A stretch of 64,000 nt of DNA, taken from positions 1-64,000 of the forward strand of contig JALMLS010000231.1 of NCBI GenBank assembly GCA_038496445.1, in the 5' to 3' direction. Below, piece by piece: positions 50,210 through 61,800 of this stretch. Position 1 is the first letter of the stretch. The number at the start of each line of letters is the position of its first letter. A program made the translations under genes and the position numbers. The notes beneath the pieces were generated by a model. It searched no databases, had not been told where the DNA came from, and was given only the letters and a program-made list of their open reading frames with translations. This DNA is from Trichosphaerium sp. ATCC 40318. Its lineage: Eukaryota; Protista; Tubulinea.

Positions 50210-51454
50210 TTAATAGTACTTCAAAGTTCCGTCTATGTTCCACTCGTACGCCTGTTCTTGAGAATCATTTACATAAACACAGCACTTCTTTATATGGCCA
50301 TTACGGTACCACTCCTTATATCCGCCATGTTGTTTACCATCAACCCAGATACACTGGCTCTTAAGTTGCCCATAAACATTGTCATGCCATATTGTACACT
50401 CTCCATTCTTTACACCGTTAATATAGTTGACACATTTCTCTATTCGACCACTTTGATACCAACCCTTGAGCTCTCCGTCCATCTTACCATTAACAATACG
50501 AACTTGATATTTCAATTGAGCATTAGAATACCACTCTTTCTCTTCACCATTTTTTTTATCATCGTACATCTTTAAATTGTTACCGCTGTAGCACCACTCT
50601 TTGAATTCTATTTTAATACCTTCACTATACATAATTTCCTTTATTATTTTGCCATCCTCACGCCATTCTTTAAACTCACCATCTTTCTTACCATTGACAG
50701 CATGCCATACAGCTTTTAATTGACCATTAATGTGCCATACCTTTAATTCACCATCTTGTTTTCCTTTAACATAATTATACTTCTCCCACACTTCACCATT
50801 ACTGAACCATCTAAAGTACTTTCCTTCTTTTTCGTCATTAGTATAATAACACCTCTCGTATACTAGCTCCTTGTTGTACTTGATATACTCTCCTTCTTTC
50901 TTTCCGTTTAGATAAAAGTAGTGTTCTTGTAAATAACCAGCTCTACGCCAAGTCTTACATTCACCTTCTCGTTTACCATCAATGTAATAGCAAGCTTCTT
51001 TCAACTGGCCGTTGCTGTACCATTCCTTGAATTCGCCGCTTAGAAGGCCGTTAGAGTAACTACGATGCTCCCGCAATTGACCATTGGCCAACCATAGCTT
51101 GTAATCTCCGTCGTTCACGCCGTCTACAAAAGTACTCTGACTGAGTATTTGCCCGTCTTCAGCGTACTCTTTGTGTTCTCCTTGCCTCAACCCGTTTTTC
51201 CACCTTCCGTGACGTTTAACTTTGGAATTCGCCAAATACGTTTCCTTCCACAAACCGTGTTTCTTCATCTTGTAGTCGAACCTTGAAGTTGTTGCTGTGT
51301 GTTTGGACAGAAGAGGCCATATTCTGTACACTTCTACGTCCATATCAGCGATATCTAGATGCAACTCAACTGGAAGGTCAAACAGGTGGCAACGATCTAG
51401 TGTTGGAATCATTTTCGGTTTTGTGGGCACTTTACGTATTATGTAGTTTGCCAT
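50210..51454 (-). CDS. Intronless MORN-variant (YwqK-like) repeat protein with N-terminal F-box-like motif
   Basis: LFDLPVELHLDIA; about 12 repeats of G.(K/R)(E/D)GE.KEWY.NGQL; single 414-aa ORF. Confidence 0.88.
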   Translation of the reverse strand: MANYIIRKVPTKPKMIPTLDRCHLFDLPVELHLDIADMDVEVYRIWPLLSKHTATTSRFDYKMKKHGLWKETYLANSKVKRHGRWKNGLRQGEHKEYAEDGQILSQSTFVDGVNDGDYKLWLANGQLREHRSYSNGLLSGEFKEWYSNGQLKEACYYIDGKREGECKTWRRAGYLQEHYFYLNGKKEGEYIKYNKELVYERCYYTNDEKEGKYFRWFSNGEVWEKYNYVKGKQDGELKVWHINGQLKAVWHAVNGKKDGEFKEWREDGKIIKEIMYSEGIKIEFKEWCYSGNNLKMYDDKKNGEEKEWYSNAQLKYQVRIVNGKMDGELKGWYQSGRIEKCVNYINGVKNGECTIWHDNVYGQLKSQCIWVDGKQHGGYKEWYRNGHIKKCCVYVNDSQEQAYEWNIDGTLKYY

Positions 51455-52022
51455 TTGTACTCTTTGGGCAAATTGATAAAGTCAGGCTAATTTCTGTCGC
51501 GATGCCCTTCAGTGAAAAACACCTTTTAGTGATCAAAGTTGTATCTGTTTGTACAAAGGTGTAGTACCTAACCATCAACTGTACATGTCTACTAATTAGC
51601 TATAACAGTGGAAGGTACGATACGTAACGACATTTATTGACTGCTATTAAGGTACAAGCTAGTAGGGCTCACATTACTAACTCAGCCTTTTAAACTAAAA
51701 AAGATCAAGACTAAAAAGGAAGCGAAAAAAGTCAGAAGCTTTCTAGATCTTTGTTAATGAACAAATACTATGAACATATCAGTCGCTTTTGTACCTCATA
51801 TATAAATTGTATGAACACCAACCAAAGCTATGGTAATTGTAGTGATATTATTATTGCAGCGTGTTTGACGTTTGGTAGCACATTACCATTTATTTGATTA
51901 ATGCTTGTATTGCTTTAACAAACTTCTAACACCAATACAAAGAAACGAAAAGTGTTTTATCTAACAATTATTTTTTATTGGTTAAAGGCTAATGGCACGT
52001 GCCATTTGGCCATTTCTTTTTC

Positions 52023-53995
52023 TTACTTTAGTTTCCTCTTTTTAGAAGATTTAGTGCTTTGAATATCAGTATCAGCAGGTCTCTTATCACCAACATTCTT
52101 ACTCATGAGTAGTTTCTCAAGAACAGCGATTCTCTTTCTATTTTCAACAACGATTCTTTTCAATGCGTTTGTATCATTAAGATCATCAATATCCATCATA
52201 TCTTCATTGTCATCATCATCTTCATCAACAACATCTTTCTCTTCTTTTACTTCAGCCATAGCCTCATCTTCTTCAATCTCAGGTGCAACTCTTTTAACTT
52301 TTCTTGATTTACTTGTTTTATCATTACACTAAGAAAAACAGTGAGTATTCAGTCACATACTTCTCACTTCTCAAAAATCATTCCGAGAAAATGATCTAAC
52401 AACGTACTTGTTTCATTGACGTAAAGTCAACAGTATATCCGTGTTTAGATAAAGCGAGTTTAACACTAGTTTCTCCTGCTTGATACGCCGTTTCTAGAGA
52501 ATAGCATACATGTGCATCGTATCGTATCCATTTTGAACCACCTTGCCACATCCAAGCAACAGATGTTGTTTTAAGATGTGCTTCATCTTCTTCCTCATCT
52601 CCTTCATCACTCATAGCATCACTCTCTGTAATCTGCTTCTCTCCCTTCTAAAACAACAGAAAGTAAGCTCAAGAACCGATACCCATAATAGAAATTCTCC
52701 GATAAGGAGAAGAAGACGAAGACTTACATCATTCCTGGAAGGAACAACTGAAAACAAAATAGAATGTTCTTTTTTAAGTTCTGGTTGTTTCTTCTCTGCG
52801 ATAATATCTGATTGTGGTTTCTTCGTCTTAGCATTCTTTAAAACATCCTTCCAAGTCATATCAGTACGTGGTCTCAAATAAACTGGAAATCTAGGAGAAC
52901 CACTCTTACTCAGTTCCTGGAACTTGAAAGTGACTACTGATCCAATTTTTGGAGGCTTAGCACGCTGTGCATCCGAAAAACCGGTACCAATCTTGAATTC
53001 TGTGCCATTATGTCTAGAAAAAAACAAAATAAGAAAAAACTTTCTACAGCTTAAAGATTCCAAAAGCGACTTACAATACCACTCTCAAGGCGCCCATAAC
53101 ACCTTGAAGTCTTCCTTTACCTTTTTCGTAACCGATTACTTTCGCTTCTTCGTCGTAGAATTTCTTGACTTTCAATAGAGTTGAAGATCTCTTGTTTTCG
53201 TAGTGTGAACCTACAAAGTACGATTAAGAGGCGTTTTCTTGGCAGTTTTCAAAAAATCACAATTGTGACACGCGACATTTGCGTTGGGGTGTTTGTTATA
53301 GCGCGTACCTGGTTGACGGAGCATAATACCCTCTCCTCCCATTTTTAAGACAGTATTCATCGTTTTATTCAGTTGATCGACGCTTTTGCATTTTTTAATG
53401 CCTACCAACGCTACGTAGCTTGATTGGTCGCTTGAATCAAGAATAGACTGGAGATATTTAATTCTCTTCTCGTATGGTGCTAAAAGAGCGTCAACTATAA
53501 CATTAATGCCTTCACACGCGTGTGGCGTGTTCTACGGACAAAATTTAACTTACCATTCATTCTTGGAGCATCGAATACTAAGTATGTCACATAGGTCCAT
53601 TCCTCATCTATTGGCTTCTTTTTGCGTACGAATGAAACGCATTTTTGAAACTGTTGTCTCCCACACCTTTTGAAAATGAGTATATAGTTTGCCTGGCGCG
53701 TAACTTACCATAATTCGCCATCTAGAGGTACATTGGGCATAGCTTTTTTGAAAAAATCAGGTGCAACATAGCGCATGCCGGAACGACTATAAAAGTTGCT
53801 ACCATCCCAGTACGCCCTCACACCGTCTAATTTCTCACTCATCCACCAACCCGTTGGGTCGATGTCTTCTGTCCATTTTTCAGCTAGTAATAGGCTTGAT
53901 CCTGCGAACTGTGCCATTTGTTGTTGTTCTTGTGTTAGTTTGATGCTTTTGTTAATTTCGAGTCCTTTATTCAACGAACAATCTTCACTTAACAT
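52023..53995 (-). CDS. Minimal ATP-dependent DNA ligase (adenylation + OB domains) fused to a WWE domain, multi-exon
   Basis: Motif I SEKLDGVRAYWDG, PLDGELW, YLVFDAP, GGEGIMLR, LLKVKKFYDEEA, FKIGTGFSD...KFQELSKSGSPRFPVY; WWE-like VAWMWQGGSKWIRYD...LETAYQ...YTVDFTSMKQ. Confidence 0.9.
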
Positions 53996-54402
53996 TTTGT
54001 GTGTTTAAGGCGATTCCTCGAAATGTTCGGGTCATTGACTTTGGCACTTGTGACATTCTTTGAAGTAGTACTTTCCTTGCGGATAGAAATAAGTGAAAGG
54101 TTGTACATGATACTATTCGTATATGCCAAGGTTACAAGCCACAGCACAGACTCAACACACAAAGTCGACTACCCTCTAGAAAAAAATCTACAAATGAAAA
54201 AAGCGAAAAAAAAAACACATTTCGAGTAGCCTAAAAGATGAGATGTTGTAGTAATGACGAACTCATCACTACTTCAAACGTTATATGTTGGTTGATAGCT
54301 ACTTTAAGGCTAACAACTCTTCAAACATTGACATCACATCAACAAAGTAAATATTTCTTTTTATTACAGAGGATTTTTAACGGCTGTATTACTCGTTTAC
54401 AT

Positions 54403-57400
54403 TTAGTCGTATACACAATCTGTCAATGTGTATGTAATATCTCTATCAGGTGCACTCCAGTTACACCCGAAAATCATAATTTCTCCAGTTTGTCCCCAGA
54501 ATTTAAGCTGAAAGAAATAGCATGTTAGTAAAGTAACACCAAACCAAAAAAAAAGTAAAGAGACAAGCTCTTTTCGTTGTTATCACAAATAAAGTAGTCT
54601 TTGCACAATAAAATGTAATTTCAAGGCAATAAAAAGCATCAGTAGCACTCTGTCAACACGGAGAATTATGCTAGAGGGTTAAATTTTCATCATTGCTTTT
54701 TTTTTTTTGAATTTTGCCGTAAAAAATCTAATGCTTGTTTGTCTTGTTTGTACCTCACGTGTCATGCCAGTTTGGCTTCCTTGTTTTCCACCCCAACAAT
54801 GACCTTTTGGTGTAACACCTCTTGGTGATGTCATTGTGAGTGTAGCTTGTCTGATCTTTCCGCTAACTGTAGCTTTTACTACTTGGTTCATACCAGCCCA
54901 TGAGTAGTACTCTAGTTTTCCGTTGGCTCCCTTTTTCTCACCCCAAACTAAAAAACCGCGTGAATACAAAGCAAGTAGTGAAAAAAACCCCAACGAAATA
55001 AAAAATCAGATAGAATGCGTACGGTTTGGACTTTGGACGTCAACTTGAGGGCAAGCGCCAGGTGGATTGTTAGGCTTTTGTGTTGGCCTTTGTGTTGGTC
55101 TCTGTGTTGGCCTTTGTGTTGGTCTTTGCGTTGGCTTTTGCGTTGGCTTTTGTGTTGGTCTTTGAGTTGGTCTTTGGGTTGGTCTTTGAGTTGGCTTTTG
55201 AGTTGGCTTTTGTGTTGGCTTTTGCGTTGGCCTTTGAGTTGGTGTTGGTGTTGGCTTTTGAGTTGGCTTTTGGGTTGGTCTTTGAGTTGGTCTTTGCGTT
55301 GGCCCTTTTGGAGGAAGTGGTGTAGCGTCAACAGTGATGACTGGTATTCCACATTCTTCACATTTATCAATGAACGACCAAGTTGGAGAAATAGATGACG
55401 ATTCAAAACGCCTTCTATCACTACAACTGATACACTTACCGTAAAATACGGAAGGTACAGGTTCGCTGATCGTTTCAGGCTTGACGTCAAATGATTTAGG
55501 TTCATTCTTGATGAAGCAAGTTGACAAGAAGACAGGATCTTCAGGATCAAATGTGTATACGAATTTTGATAATGTCGTCTTTGGTTCTCTTGCTCTGATT
55601 CCGTAGCATATTTGGGTCTTTGGGTTGTTTTGATTGTTTCTTATCATATAATCGCATCTACCAGCTAGTTTGACATCGTTCTGGAAAGCGCCCTTGTAGT
55701 TCGTTGGAACAACAATAACAGCTTCACACCAATCACGTCTTTTGCACTCATCGAGGCATATTGAAGGATCGTTTGTACTAATAAGTCTGCAACCTTCGCT
55801 ACGTCTTGGTTCTGGTGCAAAGCAGTGATCTACTTTACTAAAGAGAGAAAGTAAGACACAAGAAAAAAGTTGGAAGAACAAGAAGAAAAAACAAGTTTTT
55901 TTGAACAACAAAAAAAGTAACGTACGTGAAAGCGTCTGATGAAGAAGTTGAAGAACCGTATGTGTTTGTGACACGACGAGATACAGAGTCAACATCAATA
56001 CAATCATAGTAACCCTTCCAAGAGTACTGAACAACAAACTGACCAGTACCAGCGGATGCAGGTATCTTAAAATCAGAGAAATCAACATCAGCTGTTCTAT
56101 CAATACCAAGGGCGAGTTTGAACTTGTACATTGCTAGAATGTAGTTCAACTTATCGTCTCTGTTTGTATACTCGGCAGCAGTACGACCAACAGTCTTGTG
56201 TGCTTGGTATGAGCGAAGCTCATAGATGTCGTTAAGCTTAGTAAATCTTCTTGTACCCCAAGCTGGAGGAGCAGGTCTTGCTCTGTACATTGAATCACCA
56301 GGGAAGATTCGTTTGTCGTATACGTTGGCACCATCATCTAATCCTTCTCTTATTGGGTACCCACCCTTCTTTAAAGAACGATGGAGTTGAATAGGGTCAA
56401 AGGTAGCACTTGTAGGTGCTTCTGATAAGTACTTTTCGCGTAACTCGTCTGTGAGTGCAGAAAGTTTTGTTTCGTCTTTGAAAGCAACTACAGTGAAATA
56501 GACATAAGGTGTTTTTCCTTGCCTGTCACTGTAGAAGTTTCCTGGATGTCCTTGTGTCCACTCGATCTCAAAAGTCTGTCCAGGACCGACTTGAACGTGA
56601 GGTTGAGAGTCTACTTTTGGTGGACATGGAGCGTCTTGTTGTCCTTCATTTGTTGCACGACTGTTTGTTTGAACCCAGTTGTGTGCTTTTACACCAGAAA
56701 ACATGGTGGACAGGCATACGACAACGATAAGGAATAAGGCGAAAGATCCTGTTAATGATCTACCAGAACCTCCTTTGACAGATACAAGCAAGCACATTGC
56801 GAGTACAACAAAGAGAAGACCAAAACTAAACAAAAAACAATAAGTAAAGTAGAAGAATAAAAAAAATCGGTAAAAGAAAAAAAAAGAAAACACATGATCA
56901 TACCTTCCAGTCTTTGATGCAGAGTTACTGATCTTTGTTTCTTCTACAACTACGGTATCAATGCTACGTTTTTTCATAGCAACACATGGACATAATCTTG
57001 TGTTCTTCTGGTTCTTAGCTGAGCAAGAAGCTTGTGTGTTGCACATATCATCAGAGTAGAAACAAAAGCTTCCTTTCTTGTATACACCAAGTCTGTTACA
57101 GCTTGTAATAAACTGTGGTCTACACAACAAGTTGTTCTCGCTAACTACAGCAGATAACTCTGATAAAGAGTTTGTTTGACGCATAGTAGAGCTATCACAG
57201 TCAAGACCTTCAGAAGAGCAAGCTTCATCGCAAGAGTCGCCGAGTTTTGACTCAAACCATGTTGGATTAGGCAAGCGTTGAGAAGACTCTCTTAAGCTTA
57301 CGTCTCCGCTAAGATTAGGCCAGAAGAAAGCGCCTACATTGGCGTCTCCTTCTTTAATCAAACAACGGAATGTAATCTTTCCGGTGCCGGCTTTAGGAGC

Positions 57401-58184
57401 AACAAACTTGAACGTTGAAGTTATAGGCTTCATAGCAGCGCTTGAGTGGGTTACAGTGCTGGTACACATATGATCAGTGCCGTGAGACCAAGGTGTATGG
57501 AAGAAAGCTATTATTGCGTTAGTTTAGAGCGTAAGAACGTAAGACTAGCAGAGAACGTACGAGTGCCAGCCGGAATCTTTGGTAAAATGGCCCATGTACC
57601 GACACGCTTACCAGAATCGGTTTCAGCGTACATTAGTAGCCCGCGATACTATTTGCCGTATTTAGAACGCTAACCTTAGAAAAGACGAAATTCGCCTAAA
57701 ATGGTACACGTACTCTTAACTTGTAGTCTACTACTTTAACAACGACATCTAGGACTTCTTCAGCCTTATAACTTGTTTTTGGGGAGTTCATATCATCTCC
57801 AACATAAAGACGCAATCCGTTCGTTCTTACGGTCCTATCAGACCATCCCATTACGGCGTCTTTGTCTTTACAGTCTTTGCGGTTTGGTTTACCGTCTTTT
57901 CTGCCCCACTAGAACAAAATCTTTAGAGTTTTATAGCATGCTTCAAAACAACGCGTACATCGCTAGGGCGGCATCCGAACTTGTTGTAAGTTGCATCACA
58001 GATACCAACACGTCCGTGTGAGGCAGAGAGTGAAGTGGTGACGAATAAAACTAGAGCTAAACCTAGTAATAGTGCCTACAAGCAACATTAGTTGATGAGG
58101 AATTACAACTCGCACACAATTTTTTTGCTTTAAATTCGGGTGATGTGATTTACAAGTAGGTTTTTTACGTACTAGGTTACTCAT
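54403..58184 (-). CDS. Secreted polyprotein: Reeler domain - Cys-rich - anchor - internal signal peptide - His-brace LPMO-like domain - Cys-rich - PT linker - CBM49/CBM2-like module
   Basis: Spliced N-terminus MSNL|[18 protein letters not shown]; Reeler YRGLLMYA...VGTW...VTHSS...[14 protein letters not shown]; SGVKA|HNWV; EWTQGH; [10 protein letters not shown]; (PTQK/R)n; C-terminal Trp/Cys module. Confidence 0.8.
55073..55303. repeat. Coding 12-bp tandem repeat (PTQK/PTQR x ~19), O-glycosylated linker-like
   Basis: ttggcttttgtg / ttggtctttgag units on the + strand; encodes [12 protein letters not shown]... on the - strand. Confidence 0.95.
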
Positions 58185-58874
58185 ATTGTTATTGCGTATT
58201 AGTGAAAGGTTGTTTGTGGCAGGTGGTGCAGATATTTGTGTATTTTCAATAATTGGCAAATTTTCCGACAAATATGGTCACATACGTCCCGATTTGCTCA
58301 TACACAAATTCGGTGTTATTATACAACGTGTACCAAGGTTTATATAAGCAGATTATGTTGACGTGATTTTTACGGCGCTATTGTTTTCTAGAATTGTAAA
58401 AAGCGCGAACGAAAAAAAATTACTGGAAAACTGTCGCCTTTTGCTGTTTTGTTTAACAAAATAATATCTTGCCTGTGATTTATTGACGCGCTTACTGTAT
58501 GGTAAGATAAGTACTTCCACTCGTGATATAGTACTTCTTCAACGGAGTTTGATTTCGGAAAAACTTTGCAAAAAAAAGCAATATTAAATGTAACTAAACT
58601 CTTTTCTGTTCATACCTCTTACCATCATGCCTGTTACGTAAGTTTTGACATAAACCTGAACATGAAATCTAGTCGAATCGCGGTATTGGACTGAAATTAT
58701 TGGTCTTCTATACTACTGCGTGTCCTCACCTCAGAATGGTAATAAAAAAAATCAAAGTTGTACTTTAAGTTTCTTACGATTGCGATACAGTATCGCACCA
58801 AATCGTAGTTTCTTGAGCCTTAATAAAGTACTAGAAGTATATTGCTAATATATACTACTAATGGGTATATTTTT

Positions 58875-61800
58875 TTATTGCTGTTGGGCTTGTGTTGGGT
58901 ACAAGTTTTCCCAGAAAGCTGTAATATGATTACCTTTACGCTTAGTTGAAGATAACTTTATAAACCTCTGAAGTATAAACGGCGGTATTTTGATTGATTT
59001 CATATCTTCTATACTAAGAGATAAACATTAGCATTAGTACATAACAGATTAAAAAGGAGAACTACATTAGGACTTCTAGCAGCGCCAAAAACTAGAAACT
59101 TTTTGAGGTTTTTTTTCAAACAAAAAAAAGTTGTCAACAAACAAGACATGACATTCAATTGAATGCAAGCCATAATTGTCCAGTTAATAAAAAATAGAAA
59201 CTTTGTCATTGGTACAAATAAAAAAATACTTTTGAGGCACGTGTTCGAAATTAAATGAGAAAATGGAACAAAAACTAATCCAAAAAAAAAAGAATTAAGA
59301 CGTACGCTAAAAAGTGAACCGCATCTGAATCTAAACATGTAGAAACATTCTCAATGAGAAGAGGTTCATCGATATTATACGCATTGTCAACAACAATCGC
59401 AGTGATAACTTGAGCTAAAGAGGAAACAAAGTAAGTACGTAGTCTTTGATTGTTTGGATTTTTCTGACAGGAAAAAAAGAAGAAAAAACAATACGTACTC
59501 GGTACAGGTTCATCATACTCATCACAATTGAGGTTAAACATCGAGCAAATTTGCTTGATCTGTAGTAAAGTTAAACTAGGACATAGTTTAGCTCTACCAC
59601 TCTTATCAGCAAGAGTCTTTTTGTTATTCGATATCAAAAGATTAATAAGATCCTTCGTCTTTGCAAAATGTATTGAGAAGTCACCAACCCACATTGATCC
59701 ACTACCCTGCTTTATAGCCTTTTCTAACCTCTCAAGAGAACTCTTAAGAGAATAGGCATTACTAGTCGAACAAAACTCTTTCCTCAATATAATAAGATTG
59801 AAGAGAGTAGCATTCATATGTTTAAATAGTTGAGCAAAGAATTGATTGGCCAGAGAAAAGTAAACAAAGCTCGTCTTAAATAGAGAAATAAAAGACTCTA
59901 CTGCTTGTCTTATACTCTCCAATGCTTTCTTACTAGCCTCCTTTGATGTATCAGATAGTAGTGATTTAACACATGGTGTTACAGCAACATAAGCGTTGTG
60001 TAACAAGATACCATAAAAAGTTGCCATTAAACCTTGAATTTGATCTCGGAATCTTCTTTGTGGTGAAGAAGAAGAAGTTTTAAATTTTTGCTTTCTTTCT
60101 ATCTGCATTTTATCAATGCGTTTATGGAAAGCAGATACATAAATATCTGACGATTTTGGTTTTCCCACTTTCTCTTTTGTTAAGTGATACATAGCTGCCA
60201 CAGTACTTAACCAAAAAGAAAGCTGTTGGTTATCATTGACTATACGCTAGAAGGAAAAAGGTTAGCTTTATATATGCAATAACAAAAGGGGTGTTCGTGT
60301 GGTATGGGGCAGAAAAAACTTCACGCAAGGGCAATAGCTTAATGAAAATGAAAAAAGAAAATGCTCATAACAGGGATTAGCTGCTTACTTTTGTAAGCTT
60401 GGATATAGATCTCGGTACGAGCGTAAGTAGTTTGGATACATAAGAAGCCTTGTTACCCTTTTCTAAAGCAGACCAATGGAGTAGTTGCCTAATTTTTTGT
60501 CAAACAAGCGAATCATCAATGTCAAAACAATTCAACATTTTGTCCATAAACTTTAAGTTTCTTTCATACCTGAAGAGTATAAACGCTGGCATTGGTACAC
60601 CACTAATAAATGCAAGCTACGATTACTATTAATCAAACATATTCCATAACTTCGTTTGTGGAAACAGGGTATAGACGTACCTCAAATTCTCCTTCTGAGA
60701 AATCTTTCGCAAGCAATAGTTCAATAAGTAATTTTTGTCCAGCTGGAAGAGATCCAGCCATGAATTTCAAACTTCAAAGCGTGAGTCCACTTAATATGAA
60801 TAATAAATCGTACCTGCTTGTAATAAGCTCTTCTTCAACACAGACTGTATGTAACTCTGGTGGTGAACCTAAATTAATCTACAAGAAGAGAACTTTAGTT
60901 GATGACATAATGGTGAGCGTTGATACTTACAGATATAGGGCGTTCCTTGTAAGGACTAGCACGAGTTTCAAATGCTATAGCAGGAGATCTTGATCTCCTT
61001 CGAGGTCTCTGAAACTGTGGTGGTACAGTCATAGTCTTTGCACGTTCCTAACACAATATTTAGAAAGCGCTGTACTTCATAAACCAAACTACAACTAAGT
61101 ACCCTTCTGGCTGGAGTATCATTTTTTAACTGCTCCATCTTGACGCTCTTGAGTTCAGCTGCAAGTTTAGCCATCTCTTTTTCTGCTCTGAGACGTTGGA
61201 ATCGCTCCTTAAGGCAAAAGTTAAGAATTAAAGCAGTAAATCAACAGCGAGACGCAAGATGACCTAACGATTTCGTACTTGTTTCAGTTGTTCTCGTATG
61301 TTATGATTCTCCATTTCTTGGAGTTCATCAGCTTCTACGGTTTCATCTTGGTTATTATTTTGTGTTGCTAGTTTCAGGTCTCCTGTTAATTGAACAATCT
61401 TGGCTTCCTTATTTTCTAATTCTTCGGCTTTTCTTTCCAAGTCTTTCACCAGTTTATCGTTCTCCCTTGCGAACCGATCTTTAATTTCTTTAATATCACC
61501 AAGCTCTATCTGGTAGGCTTCAATATCGTCTTCAATATCATCCCTAGAGCAAACATCATGAAGATGCCAAACAGAAAAAAGAAGAAAAACCCAAAAGCTT
61601 ACCTATCATCAAGTTCTTCTTTCAACTTTTGGTTTTCTTCTTGAGCTAATTTCAGGATAGATATCTGCTTCTGAAGGGCTATATTCTCTTCTTCACGTTT
61701 CTTAAAATTTATGAGGATGTCTTTTACTTCCCGGTCGAGTTCACCATCAACACCAGAACTAGACAACTGAAGCTTCATTTCTGAGTTTTGAAGTTTCAAG

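Noticed and set aside
50210-53995. Endogenous giant-virus or Polinton insertion (MORN gene + DNA ligase)
   Set aside because: The ligase has multiple spliceosomal introns, and no capsid, packaging ATPase, PolB, integrase or TIRs were seen; only single-gene transfer is arguable.
55073-55303. Regular short repeats as a CRISPR array or satellite; shadow ORFs 55015-55398, 55080-55325 and 54948-55550
   Set aside because: No unique spacers; it is a coding 12-bp repeat for a PTQK/R linker, and the other frames are artefacts of the repeat.
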